Source: Elusimicrobia bacterium RIFOXYA2_FULL_39_19 (GTDB lineage Bacteria; Elusimicrobiota; Endomicrobiia; CG1-02-37-114; XYA2-FULL-39-19). From it: a stretch of 64,000 nucleotides of DNA. The stretch spans positions 79,175-143,174 of the forward strand of contig MGVC01000013.1 of assembly GCA_001800285.1 (NCBI GenBank). The letters are read 5' to 3'. Under the pieces are notes generated by a model, which ran no database searches, was not told the origin of the DNA, and saw only the letters and a list, made by a program, of their open reading frames with translations. Of this stretch, positions 28,501-38,126 are shown piece by piece; the stretch's first letter is position 1, and the number at the start of each line of letters is the position of its first letter. The position numbers and the translations under genes are program-made.

Positions 28501-30061
28501 CACCGGACAAATTCCCAGTAAAGGAAAAATCTGTCATATTTATCTTACCAAGCATGCTAATACGTCCGGTAAGAGGTATTTTTTCAAAAACATAGTTATT
28601 GAGTTTCATGGTTATATTAAAATCGTTAAAGATGTTTTTTTTTAAACCTGAGTAAAAAGATAATTCTACTACAGGTATTATTTTATTTGCTTCAAATAAC
28701 CGGCAATTTGCAAGGGTTAACTGGTCATTATTTACATTAAAACTTCCTGTAAATTTGCTTAATCCGCTTATATCAAAATTTCCGGAAAACCTGGAAACAT
28801 TATTAAAACTGTTCTGTGTTGCATTTATTGACAGTTTATACTTTTCATTGTTGTGAAGGACATTCCCGGATACTTTTAACATTTTGTCTTTGAAGGTCAA
28901 ATCTATTTTTGTTTGTTTTATTGATAACGTTTTGTTTTCATTACTCATTTCTTCTGAATTAATCCTTGCTGTTATGACAGGTCTTTTAAATGATCCCGTT
29001 ACATAACATTCCACATCAGCCTTTCCGGACATTGATTCAATAAAGTCCTTTATTACTATATTTGTCGCTGTTGCCCTTAAGTTAAACTCGTCGCTTCTTA
29101 TGTTTCCATTCATGTTAAGTCTTGAGTCATCTTTAGATAAGGTCAAATCTTTTAATTCAAATGTATTACTTGAGAAAACAATGTCTACAGATCCGTTATA
29201 ATTTTTGTTTTTATATTTCACTGATAACGGGTTTAGTATTGCTTTAAAATCCGGTTTTGTGAAAATTCTGTCTATGTAAAACACGCCATTACCTGTTAAA
29301 GATAGACTTTCATTTGATTTTGTATCTATTTTAATAACACCGCTTAAAGTATTGCCCGCAGGATAATCTCCGTGCAAATCAAATATTATATTTGTATTGT
29401 TTATGGTTTTTTTTGCTTTTGTAAATAAGATTTTTTTTTCAAGTGTTAGCGGAAACCCGTTTGAATCAATTTTTAAACGCCATTTTTTTTCAGAGTTATC
29501 AGCTACAAGTTTTATTTTTGCAGCCCCTATGTCCTTTATTTCAATATCTGAATCCAATGAATTCATTTTATCTGAAAGATTTATTCTTCCGAAGCTGCTG
29601 TATATAACCTTATTTAATTTAACGATGTTTATGGTTGCATTTTTCCAGTTAAATCTGAAATCAGTATTGTCATTGTTTGTTGCAGATATACCTATAGGAA
29701 TATTGTTCGTATTATCTATAGTTATATTGGGTTCATAAAGATAGATATTTGATAATGCTTTTTGAGTGTTTTTTGATTTTAAAAGTCTGAAGGGATTAAA
29801 GTATAAATACAATTTTGCAGCATTTAAACTTGAATTGCCTTGAATCAAAGAAATATTTTTTAAGACTATTGAAGGCGGAAAGGACATATATATTGAATCT
29901 GCCTTAAAAATAATATTTTTTTCCGCAAAGTACAGAGTGGCGTATTTACCTGCTATTCCCGGTAAATATAAAAAAAACAAGTAAAATCCAGAAATTATTA
30001 CCATTGCTGCGATTGATAATAATATTAATAACCTTTTTTTCATTAAAAGTGACCCGCACAA
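25529..30061 (-). CDS. tamB: TamB/AsmA-like giant inner-membrane-anchored periplasmic protein.
   Basis: 1510 aa with an N-terminal TM anchor and a long repetitive beta-rich body. Its stop abuts the bamA start. Confidence 0.55.
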   Translation of the reverse strand: MCGSLLMKKRLLILLSIAAMVIISGFYLFFLYLPGIAGKYATLYFAEKNIIFKADSIYMSFPPSIVLKNISLIQGNSSLNAAKLYLYFNPFRLLKSKNTQKALSNIYLYEPNITIDNTNNIPIGISATNNDNTDFRFNWKNATINIVKLNKVIYSSFGRINLSDKMNSLDSDIEIKDIGAAKIKLVADNSEKKWRLKIDSNGFPLTLEKKILFTKAKKTINNTNIIFDLHGDYPAGNTLSGVIKIDTKSNESLSLTGNGVFYIDRIFTKPDFKAILNPLSVKYKNKNYNGSVDIVFSSNTFELKDLTLSKDDSRLNMNGNIRSDEFNLRATATNIVIKDFIESMSGKADVECYVTGSFKRPVITARINSEEMSNENKTLSIKQTKIDLTFKDKMLKVSGNVLHNNEKYKLSINATQNSFNNVSRFSGNFDISGLSKFTGSFNVNNDQLTLANCRLFEANKIIPVVELSFYSGLKKNIFNDFNITMKLNNYVFEKIPLTGRISMLGKINMTDFSFTGNLSGENVIINKYYTDKIAGSIVYVKDMITISDLKINKSAELNMICNTKNQELSGNIAIENYDLSRLNVSELTGNMNCNAKIVGTLKKPEIYFYGNSDNITLKKMKLKLNGKGQFASDSLKISGDIKTDTKEKGLFNMNIIKITENPEINSTVSFNSMDMLSFNKILTNLINFSLPLEGKIDSMFEITGSLKAPITTISLNSAGLIYDAEILPKHWTGLSIITEFNNEMNQAKIIRFDIESDDQKISITKDSVIDFGNNSVKYKAGLSTKNFNIKPLNIFGNINLSGEINTNNDNIFITSLINIDNLWINQQNIKNTNLKVQFNNKNSKKEIEFMPLKDQDSVLSGKIDFSDSDKIIFSNINYRYTKGSNNADFKLNGNFTKTNSNLSAEGTNISLDFISSIIDLQLPLNGYTDFTVIYKGHIEKPYITGSLNVSAGEFYSIPFTNANIQFTYNNFILEIPNSRLVKIDNATGKEQLALSCKGSVPITIDEQKYPLNNKDISLSFDIEKGDLSILKSMSEEIKTASGKIDAKLQISGPSDRPSYGGYLIISEGEIQSSNYFDKMQKLNVGITFSDNKLDIKKCSAKVGDGKIEIEGYMLLGELFNIDEYNLKIITPDKKGIKVFIKELPIPTNPLFKSTGLETVIKNYSFGEPKIDLQIIGKKNDVKMLGYIELDNTHFSYPPPKNAPKGSIFTSSIRSLKWNMDLRAGENTWYDSDLMSVNIGGKLNLAGNYPDITVNGNIESRRGNISYIDKVFEIKEALFEVINNECYLQARTETTGLFSSGIESGSTAKEVGKVEMIIPRSPIGQIAPQFTSRDRPDMTSEKLVSATYGITENMTPSEQNMVLRKQLVRLFDASLASPLARKLLQKSGIADTMRVTTVPTSTTDTDTSPTDNPTMVDIFSGTKYTLEKYLTGDLLLGYALTLGEKQKKLDLKHEFELAYRWKGNIFVRGIYGFEPNQSSWFKDGEYQIRIEPQWRFGWSKEQKKETGEKEK

Positions 30062-30065
30062 TGAG

Positions 30066-32570
30066 TTATATGTTTTTTATAACCGGGTATTCGGAAACAG
30101 TAAAAAATACTTTCTTTTTTCCTTCGTCATAATCAGCATATATGTTTGTTAGCTTCTCTCTTTTACCGCCAACAATATTTTTTGAAAGAATTTCTTCCGC
30201 TATGGAATCTTCCATGCATCTCTGGATGGTTCGTTGTAACGGCCTGGCCCCATAATTGGCATCAAACCCGGTTTCTAAAAGAAAATCTTTTACTGCATCT
30301 GATATTTCTATGGCAAAACCTTGTTCTTTTAAGCGGATCCTGACTTTATTTAGTAGCAAATCTAATATTTTCCTCATATCAATTTTACTCAAAGGATGAA
30401 AGACTATCATATCATCAATCCTGTTTAAGAATTCCGGATTGAAGGTCTTTCTAACCTCATCCATTATAGTTCCTTTTATGTTCTGATAATCTTTTCCTAC
30501 GTCTTCCTGGACTAAAAATCCGAGTGATTTTCCTTTTGAAATCAATCTGGCCCCGACATTTGAAGTCATGATAATTATTGTATTTTTGAAGTTAACTTTA
30601 TGACCCAGGCTATCTGTCAAATTACCTTCTTCTAGTATTTGAAGCAGTAGGTTAAAAACTTCCACATGCGCTTTTTCTATTTCGTCAAGAAGTACTACGG
30701 AATATGGTTTGCGCCTCACTTTTTCGGTAAGCTGGCCGCCTTCTTCATAGCCCACATATCCGGGTGGGGCACCTACCAATCGTGACACTGAAAACTTTTC
30801 CATATATTCTGACATATCTACTCTTATAAGCGCTGTTTCGTCACCGAACAAAAATTCAGCCAGTGTGCGTGCAAGCTCTGTTTTTCCTACACCTGTGGGC
30901 CCTAAAAATATAAAGCTGCCTATAGGTTTTTTTGGGTCTTTTAAACCGGTTCTTGACCTGCGGATAGCCTGCGATATGGAATGAATAGCTTCGTCCTGGC
31001 CGATAACACGACAGTGAAGTTCATCTTCCATTTTTACCAGTCTTTCCTGTTCTTTTTCCGTTATTTTATTTATAGGTATGTTAGTCCATTTTGAAACTAT
31101 AAATGCTACGTCTTCTTCAGAAACACTTGGAAATACTAAATCCCTTTTTTCCCGCCACTTCTTTTTCATATCTTCAATGAAGCGTTTCATTTCTCTTTCT
31201 TTATCGCGTAAGCGTGCTGCTTTTTCATATTCCTGTTTTGAAATAGAAGATTCTTTATCTTTTACAATAACATCCAGCTCATCTTCTTTTTCCTTTATTT
31301 CCGGAGATGACTGTGAAACCTGCAGACGGGTTCTTGAACCGGCCTCATCAATAATATCAATTGCTTTGTCAGGAAGAAACCTATCGGAAATAAACCTGTC
31401 AGAAAGCACAGCTGCCGCCACAAGCGCCTCGTCTGAATATTTAACTTTATGGTGCATTTCATATTTCTCTTTTAGACCTTTTAATATAGCTATAGTAGAT
31501 TCAATGCTTGGCGGTTCAACCAGAATGGGCTGAAATCTTCTTTCCAAGGCTGCATCATGTTCAATGTGCTTCTTGAATTCATCCAGGGTTGTTGCTCCGA
31601 TACACTGTAATTCTCCTCGGGCTAAAGCCGGCTTTAGCATATTTGAAGCGTCTATAGCTCCTTCAGCAGCACCTGCGCCTATGACCGTATGCAATTCATC
31701 AATAAATAGTATAATTGAGTTTTTAGAACGGCGTATTTCATCCGTTATGTTTTTAAGCCTTTGTTCAAACTCACCTCTATATTTAGTTCCGGCTACTACG
31801 GAGGAAAGGTCAAGCATAATCACTCTTTTCCCTAAAAGTATTTCCGGCACTTCACCTTTTGCTATTAGCTGCGCCAATCCTTCAACAATGGCGGTTTTAC
31901 CCACTCCGGGATCACCGATTAGTACCGGATTGTTTTTTGTTCTTCTGGAAAGAATTTGTGTCAGGCGTTCTATTTCATTGTCTCTGCCTATTACCGGATC
32001 CAAGTTATTTTCTTTTGCCATGGTAGTTAAATCTTTTGAAAATTCGTCAAGCGCAGGTGTTTTTGTTTTTGCTTTTGATGCAGACTTGTGCTGACCATGA
32101 TGACCTGATGGTTTACTTGATTCTCCTAACAATCCTATAACTTCTTCTTTTACATCATCAATTTTAACATTCAAGTTTTCTAACACCCGGGCAGCTATAC
32201 CTTCTTCTTCCTTGAGCAAGCCTAATAGCAGATGTTCAGTACCTACATAATAATGACCCATGGTTCCTGCTTCGTCTACGGCAAGTTCCAGGACTTTCTT
32301 TGCCCTGGGACTAAAAGGAATTTCACCCAGAAGCATTATATTGTCGCCGGTACCCACAACTTTTTCTACTTCATTTCTTAATTTTCTTAAATCAACGCCA
32401 AGATTTGATAATACTTGCGCAGCCACACCTTCACCTAAGGCCACCAAACCAAGAAGTATGTGTTCTGTGCCTACATAATCATGGTTAAGCCTTTTAGCTT
32501 CTTCCTGTGCGATTAAGATTACTTTTTGGGCTCTTTCGGTAAATCTGTTCATAAAACTCTTCTCCTGCAA
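30066..32570 (-). CDS. clpC: ATP-dependent Clp protease ATP-binding subunit ClpC.
   Basis: 834 aa with a double Clp-N repeat and two AAA modules (GDPGVGKT and GPTGVGKTE). Confidence 0.85.
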   Translation of the reverse strand: MQEKSFMNRFTERAQKVILIAQEEAKRLNHDYVGTEHILLGLVALGEGVAAQVLSNLGVDLRKLRNEVEKVVGTGDNIMLLGEIPFSPRAKKVLELAVDEAGTMGHYYVGTEHLLLGLLKEEEGIAARVLENLNVKIDDVKEEVIGLLGESSKPSGHHGQHKSASKAKTKTPALDEFSKDLTTMAKENNLDPVIGRDNEIERLTQILSRRTKNNPVLIGDPGVGKTAIVEGLAQLIAKGEVPEILLGKRVIMLDLSSVVAGTKYRGEFEQRLKNITDEIRRSKNSIILFIDELHTVIGAGAAEGAIDASNMLKPALARGELQCIGATTLDEFKKHIEHDAALERRFQPILVEPPSIESTIAILKGLKEKYEMHHKVKYSDEALVAAAVLSDRFISDRFLPDKAIDIIDEAGSRTRLQVSQSSPEIKEKEDELDVIVKDKESSISKQEYEKAARLRDKEREMKRFIEDMKKKWREKRDLVFPSVSEEDVAFIVSKWTNIPINKITEKEQERLVKMEDELHCRVIGQDEAIHSISQAIRRSRTGLKDPKKPIGSFIFLGPTGVGKTELARTLAEFLFGDETALIRVDMSEYMEKFSVSRLVGAPPGYVGYEEGGQLTEKVRRKPYSVVLLDEIEKAHVEVFNLLLQILEEGNLTDSLGHKVNFKNTIIIMTSNVGARLISKGKSLGFLVQEDVGKDYQNIKGTIMDEVRKTFNPEFLNRIDDMIVFHPLSKIDMRKILDLLLNKVRIRLKEQGFAIEISDAVKDFLLETGFDANYGARPLQRTIQRCMEDSIAEEILSKNIVGGKREKLTNIYADYDEGKKKVFFTVSEYPVIKNI

Positions 32571-32578
32571 TTTAGACC

Positions 32579-33622
32579 TTAGTGGAATAAACGCTTTCTG
32601 ATTATATCTGCTCTGGCAATGTCTCTCTGTTGAGAGTTCAGTTCGCTGTTTTGGATTTGCTGCAGATGACCCGGCTGAATAATAAATATTAACTGGTCTA
32701 TCTGGTCCTTATCAAAATTGAGTTCAATATTAAGTTCGTTTGCAAGTTTTAAGGAGGTTAAATGCAGTATTGCTTCTTCTGAATCTATGGTTTTTGCATA
32801 AGATAATATACCATAGGCGCGATGAATCCGGTCTTCAATTTTGTGACGGGCTTCTTTTTGCAGAAGCTTTTCGCGCGCTTCCTGCTCATATTTACTTACG
32901 GTGTGTATAACTTTTATAAATGATTCAATAATTTCGTTTTCAGTTTTTCCCAGAGTTACGGAATTCGATATTTGAAATATGTCTCCTAAAGGCTGGCTGC
33001 CTTCGCCGTAAAAACCGCGTACGCTTACATTTACTTTTGTCAGGCCGTTTACCAGCTTGTCAATATTTTCCGTCATTGCAAGGGCCGGTAAATGCAGCAG
33101 GCACGACACTCTTATGCCGGTGCCCACGTTTGTAGGGCAGGCGGTAAGGTAACCAAATCTTTTATGAAATGAAAAATTAAGTTTTGCGTTTAGTTCATCA
33201 TCAATCTTTGATAACGTTTCCCATGATTTTTTTAGTGACAGCTCGGGAGTTATTATCTGAAGCCTGTAATGATCTTCTTCGTTTATCATTATGCTTACTT
33301 CTTCTGTGTTTTTATAGACAAGGCCGGGTTCTCCGTTAGTTTTTACTGCCAGCTCATGTGAAATAAGGTGGCGTTCCATAAGCAGGCGCCTGTCTATTTT
33401 ATCGAAATCATTTAGTCTTAATACCTGGGCATTCCTAAGCTCTGCTACTTCAGGTATTACAGCTACCAGCGTATCAAACACATTTACTTGTGTGCTTTTA
33501 TCCGCTTTTGATGGAAATTGCACTCCGGGAATATTTCTTGCCAGACGTATGCGGGAGGATATTACTATTTCCCCGTGTTCTATCCATGGAATCTTGTGCA
33601 TTGCCAAAGTATTTAGTTTCAT
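32579..33622 (-). CDS. mcsB: Protein arginine kinase McsB.
   Basis: 347 aa phosphagen-kinase-like domain with the active-site motif CPTNVGTGIR. Confidence 0.8.
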   Translation of the reverse strand: MKLNTLAMHKIPWIEHGEIVISSRIRLARNIPGVQFPSKADKSTQVNVFDTLVAVIPEVAELRNAQVLRLNDFDKIDRRLLMERHLISHELAVKTNGEPGLVYKNTEEVSIMINEEDHYRLQIITPELSLKKSWETLSKIDDELNAKLNFSFHKRFGYLTACPTNVGTGIRVSCLLHLPALAMTENIDKLVNGLTKVNVSVRGFYGEGSQPLGDIFQISNSVTLGKTENEIIESFIKVIHTVSKYEQEAREKLLQKEARHKIEDRIHRAYGILSYAKTIDSEEAILHLTSLKLANELNIELNFDKDQIDQLIFIIQPGHLQQIQNSELNSQQRDIARADIIRKRLFH

Positions 33623-34143
33623 GTGTTTTTTATGTCGTTTTTAATTTTCTTCTTAAGTTCTTTAATTTGATCGCGCAAATTTGCCGCCTCTTCATAATTC
33701 TCTTTCTTAAGCATTTCATCAAGTACTCTTTTATATTCAGACAGCTTCTGCCTAAGCAAATCCTGGTCGTCCTGCACTCTTACGTTAGCCAGTGTACGCT
33801 TGCCTGAATATTTTGTTGAACCATGAATCTTTTCAAGCAGAGGAGTTATGTAATAGCCGAAAGTTGTATAACAGTTACTGCATCCGAAACGGCCAGTTTG
33901 CTTAAATTCGGCATAAGTGGTTCCGCAGGATGAACAGGCAGCAGATTTCTTGTCTTTTGGAACCGAAGGTGAACCCAGGTCACTGAGGGTTGATATAAAT
34001 TCTCCCATGGTAAATTCAGGTTTGATATCAACACCTTTTTTTATAGCACACTCTTCACAAAGGTCCATTTTCATTGTTTGATTATTGAAAATACCCTTAA
34101 AGTGTATTATAGCTTCATTTTTATGACATACATCGCAAATCAT
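33619..34143 (-). CDS. mcsA: McsA-like activator of McsB, with zinc fingers and a UvrB/UvrC motif.
   Basis: 174 aa. CxxC pairs are present (CDVC...CEEC; CSSC...CSNC). The C-terminal UvrB/C motif is EEAANLRDQIKELKKK. Confidence 0.6.
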   Translation of the reverse strand: MICDVCHKNEAIIHFKGIFNNQTMKMDLCEECAIKKGVDIKPEFTMGEFISTLSDLGSPSVPKDKKSAACSSCGTTYAEFKQTGRFGCSNCYTTFGYYITPLLEKIHGSTKYSGKRTLANVRVQDDQDLLRQKLSEYKRVLDEMLKKENYEEAANLRDQIKELKKKIKNDIKNT

Positions 34144-34158
34144 AAAACCTCTTCGTAA

Positions 34159-35037
34159 TTAGTAGATAGGAACGCCGGTGGAACGTGTAAGATCCTTAAA
34201 TTCCCTGATTAATTCAATGGTTATTTTTCCGGGTTTTCCGTCACCAATAGTTCTGCCGTCAACTTTAGCTACAGGAATCACCTCAGCCGCTGTTCCGGTA
34301 AGGAAGCATTCATCTGCGGTGTAGATATCATAAACCGTGAAAATTTCTTCCTTCACTAAAAGTTTCATGCGTGTTTTTGCCAGGTCCATTACCGCTTCTC
34401 TGGTAACACCCTGTAAAGCTCCTGCCCAGGTAGGCGGAGTGATTAAGGTGTTATGTTTCAGAATGAAAATATTATCTCCTGTACATTCAGCTACATAACC
34501 GTCTTTATTAAGCATGATTGCTTCTGGAGATCCCATTCTGATAGCCTCAATCTTTGCAAGAATGTTATTTAAATAATTAAGAGACTTGATACAGGGGTTG
34601 ATTGCATTGACCAGATTTCTTCTGGTAGATACGGTAAACAGGTCCAATCCTTTTGTATAAAACTCTTCCGGGTACAGTGCAATTTTGTCCGCAATTACAA
34701 AAACAGTAGGCTTCGGGCATTTTCTCGGGTCCAGGCCGAGATCCCCAACCCCGCGAGTAACAACAAGCCTGATATAAGCATCTTTAAGTTTGTTGGCTCT
34801 GATTGTATTTAGGACAGCTTCTTCCATCTGGCGTTTTGAAAGCCCGATATCAAGCATGATAGCTCTGGCTGAGTGATATAATCTGTCTAAATGTTCTCTT
34901 AATTTGAACACCCTGCCGTTATAGGCTCTGATACCTTCAAACACACCGTCGCCGTATAAAAGTCCATGATCAAAAACAGAGATTTTTGCATCTTCTTTTT
35001 TAACAATATTTCCGTCTAAATAGATAAATTTTGCCAT
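34159..35037 (-). CDS. ilvE: Branched-chain amino acid aminotransferase (class IV).
   Basis: The sequence begins MAKFIYLDGNIVKKEDAKISVFDHGLLYGDGVFEGIR... The longer ORF-track version (to 35154) overlaps lysS by 100 bp and is a start-codon over-extension. Confidence 0.8.
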   Translation of the reverse strand: MAKFIYLDGNIVKKEDAKISVFDHGLLYGDGVFEGIRAYNGRVFKLREHLDRLYHSARAIMLDIGLSKRQMEEAVLNTIRANKLKDAYIRLVVTRGVGDLGLDPRKCPKPTVFVIADKIALYPEEFYTKGLDLFTVSTRRNLVNAINPCIKSLNYLNNILAKIEAIRMGSPEAIMLNKDGYVAECTGDNIFILKHNTLITPPTWAGALQGVTREAVMDLAKTRMKLLVKEEIFTVYDIYTADECFLTGTAAEVIPVAKVDGRTIGDGKPGKITIELIREFKDLTRSTGVPIY

Positions 35038-35054
35038 TTTAATTCTCCTTGTTT

Positions 35055-36557
35055 TTATGAACGTAATAATGGGAAGAGTATAACTTCCCGGATTGATGTT
35101 GAATTTGTAAGCAGTATTGTGAGTCTGTCTATTCCTATTCCCAACCCGCCGCACGGCGGCATGCCGTGTTCCAGAGCAGTTACGAAATCATCATCCATAG
35201 GGTGTATTTCGTCTTTCTGCGTTTGGTTCTGGTTTTGATTTGCAAACCTTTTTCTTTGTTCCTGCGGGTCATTTAACTCCGAATAAGCATTGGCCATTTC
35301 CTCTTTGGCTATATAAAGTTCAAATCTGTCCGCTGTAATATCATCTTTTGCTTTTGCCAGCGGTGAATATGCAAGCGGGTGGTCCGTTACAAATGTCGGG
35401 TTAATTAGTTTTGGCTGAATAAACTGCTCAAACAGATGATCGAATATTTTTTTGTCATTGGTTTCAGTACCGGCATCAAAATGAACCTCTTTTGCAAAGT
35501 CACGTATTCGGTTGTTAGCCACAAGCTCAAGTATGTTTACATTTTTACCGAATGCTTCTGTAAACAGTTCATTCATGCTTGCTATTCTGAATTCCGCAAA
35601 GTTAAGTACCTGACCTTCAAACATTACTTTCTCGTTTAAATCCAAAGCATTAACAATACCTTTTATCAGATTTCTGCAAAGCTCTATCATCCCCGCACAG
35701 TCTGAATAAGCCTGATATATTTCTACCATGGTAAATTCAGGGTTATGCTGCCTGTCTATCCCTTCGTTGCGGAAAGACTTACCAATTTCAAATACTCTTT
35801 CAAGTCCGCCTACCACAAGCATTTTCAGGTATAACTCCGGCGCAATACGCAGAAATAAATCTGTGTTGTACGTGTTGTGAAAAGTCTTAAACGGCCTGGC
35901 CAGTGCTCCGCCGGCAAGCCTTTGAATAATTGGTGTTTCAACTTCCAAAAAAGCATTGTTATTTAGTTGATCACGGATAAGATTTAAAATCCTAGCCCTT
36001 TTAATAAATATTTCTTTTACTTCCTGATTTGAAATCAAATCCAGATATCTCTGCCTGTAACGGGTATCAACATCTTTTAACCCATGCCATTTTTCCGGCA
36101 ATGGCCTTAAAGCTTTTGAAAGTAATGTATAGTTTTTTACATTTACAGTCAGTTCGCCGGTTCTGGTTCTGAATAATTTACCGGTCACTCCGATAAAATC
36201 ACCTATATCTACAGTATCAATGAAGTTTTTATAGGTTTCAGACCCTACATTGTCCATTTTAAAGTAAAGTTGCAGCTTTCCGGTAAAATCCTGAATATGA
36301 CTGAAAGTGGCTTTACCCATATCTCTTCTGGCAATAATCCTGCCGCAGACCTTCACTTCGGTTTCAGTAGATTGTTCTTTTTGCAGGTTTTCATATTCTG
36401 TTTTTAAACTCTGCAGATTGTGGGTATACTCAGATTTTACTGGGTACGGGTTTACTCCAGACGCTTTTACTCTTTCGAGTTTTTCTTTTCTGTTTTCAAC
36501 AATTTTTTCAATCGGCTGTACTGTTTCCTGAGCCTGCTCTTTTTCTTTAGTTTCCAT
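35055..36557 (-). CDS. lysS: Lysyl-tRNA synthetase, class II.
   Basis: 500 aa with an N-terminal OB anticodon-binding domain and a class II catalytic core. Confidence 0.85.
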   Translation of the reverse strand: METKEKEQAQETVQPIEKIVENRKEKLERVKASGVNPYPVKSEYTHNLQSLKTEYENLQKEQSTETEVKVCGRIIARRDMGKATFSHIQDFTGKLQLYFKMDNVGSETYKNFIDTVDIGDFIGVTGKLFRTRTGELTVNVKNYTLLSKALRPLPEKWHGLKDVDTRYRQRYLDLISNQEVKEIFIKRARILNLIRDQLNNNAFLEVETPIIQRLAGGALARPFKTFHNTYNTDLFLRIAPELYLKMLVVGGLERVFEIGKSFRNEGIDRQHNPEFTMVEIYQAYSDCAGMIELCRNLIKGIVNALDLNEKVMFEGQVLNFAEFRIASMNELFTEAFGKNVNILELVANNRIRDFAKEVHFDAGTETNDKKIFDHLFEQFIQPKLINPTFVTDHPLAYSPLAKAKDDITADRFELYIAKEEMANAYSELNDPQEQRKRFANQNQNQTQKDEIHPMDDDFVTALEHGMPPCGGLGIGIDRLTILLTNSTSIREVILFPLLRS

Positions 36558-36559
36558 AA

Positions 36560-36946
36560 TTATCCTATCAGTTCCTTTATTTTATCTCTGAGCATTTTCG
36601 TATTAAATGGTTTTGAAAAAAAATGTTTAACATTTCTTGACATCAAAAACAAGTCTGACATAAGCGGTTTTGCTGTTACAACAACAACGGGAAGATCAAA
36701 AAGCGCGGGTACCAGCTCCATTTTTTTCAGTATGGTGTAACCGTCAACTTCAGGAAGCATTATATCAAGCAGTACAATATCCGGTATTATAACGTCTTTA
36801 CCGGTTTTTTCTATACCAAGAATTTCCAGTGCTTCTCTGCCATTTTCTACCTGAATAATGTTGTATCCTTCTTTTTCAAGGATAAAACGCAGAAGGGTCT
36901 GGACTTCCTTGTCATCTTCAATGATTAGTATTGTTTTATTAATCAT
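36560..36946 (-). CDS. Stand-alone CheY-like receiver protein.
   Basis: 128 aa. It has the EDD acidic pocket, the phospho-acceptor Asp in VLLDIMLPEVDG, and T/K in VVVTAKP. It abuts the lysS start. Confidence 0.75.
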   Translation of the reverse strand: MINKTILIIEDDKEVQTLLRFILEKEGYNIIQVENGREALEILGIEKTGKDVIIPDIVLLDIMLPEVDGYTILKKMELVPALFDLPVVVVTAKPLMSDLFLMSRNVKHFFSKPFNTKMLRDKIKELIG

Positions 36947-36999
36947 AGTAATAAATATTATATATTAATATAAATAATTATAATAATTGTACAATTTTA

Positions 37000-38116
37000 C
37001 TATTTTTCGAGTTTTTTTGCAAGGTAGGCTTCTATAAACAGGTCAATGTCTCCATCCATAACATTCTGGACATTCCCTATTTCTGCGCCCGTGCGGTGGT
37101 CTTTAACTAACTGGTATGGCATGAAAACGTAGGATCTGATCTGACTTCCCCAGGCTATATTGCCTTTTTCGGAGTAGTGTTTCTCTATCTGAGAACGAAG
37201 CTTATCCTGTTCTACTTCATAAAGCTTTGCTTTTAAAATTTTCATAGCAAAGGCTTTGTTTTTATGCTGGGACCGCTCGCTCTGGCTTTGAGTGACTATT
37301 CCCGAAGGCAAGTGTGTAATTCTTACTGCAGAATCTGTTTTTTGAAGATGCTGTCCTCCGTGACCGGAGGCGCGGTAAGTATCTATTCTTAAATCTTCTT
37401 CTTTTATTTCAATTTTTATTTCATCTTCAATTTCAGGAATAACATCGCACGAAGTAAATGATGTATGCCTGCGCTTATTGGCATCAAAGGGTGATATACG
37501 CACCAACCTGTGAACGCCTAATTCACTTTTTAGCAAACCATAAGCATAAGGCCCGCGGACAAAAAATGTTATGCTTTTTATTCCCGCGCCGTCACCGGGA
37601 AGCATATCCGTGGCTTCCAGTTCAAATCCTTTTTTTTCTGCCCATCGCGCATACATTCTGTAAAGCATTTCTGCCCAGTCACAGGCCTCTGTTCCGCCGG
37701 CCCCTGCATGAATGGATACGATGGCATTTAATTTATCCTGCGGCAACGATAATTTTGTTTTTACTTCTAGAAGTGAGATGTCTTTTTTTAGAACGGTTAA
37801 CTTATCAATAAATTCCTGTTCAAAATGCTCATCAAGTTTTTCGCCTTCGGATAACTCAAGAATTGTAATTAAATCTGAGAGCTCTTTTTTGAGGTTGGTG
37901 TATGAGGCTATATCGGACTTCAATAAATCCAATTCCCTCATAATTAGCTGAGCTTCCTGGGTGTTATCCCAGAAATTTGATTTTGCAGAAATTGCCTGAA
38001 GTTCTTTTACTTTTATTTCTTTGTTTTCAACGTCAAAGAAACCTCCTGAAGTCATCAATTTTCTTAGATGAACCGGAAATTTCTTCGTTTAATTCTCTTA
38101 TTGTATAATGTTGCAT
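37000..38116 (-). CDS. prfB: Peptide chain release factor 2, requiring a programmed +1 ribosomal frameshift.
   Basis: The zero-frame start codon is at 38116..38114 and encodes MQHYTIRELNEEISGSSKKIDDFRRFL, followed by UGA. The +1 frame continues DVENKEIK... through the GGQ motif (SGHGGQHLQKT) to the stop at 37000. Confidence 0.8.
38032..38047 (-). promoter_or_regulatory. prfB autoregulatory +1 frameshift site, AGGAGG-TTT-CUU-UGA-C.
   Basis: Read directly on the minus strand. It matches the E. coli RF2 recoding site (internal SD, then CUU UGA C). Confidence 0.7.
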
Positions 38117-38126
38117 ATTCCGTCCG

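Noticed and set aside
35038-35154. An apparent 100-bp overlap between ilvE and lysS.
   Set aside because: The ilvE ORF-track start is over-extended (MRRVGNRNRQTH...). The conserved N-terminus begins at MAKFIYLDG (35037), which leaves a 17-bp gap to the lysS stop.
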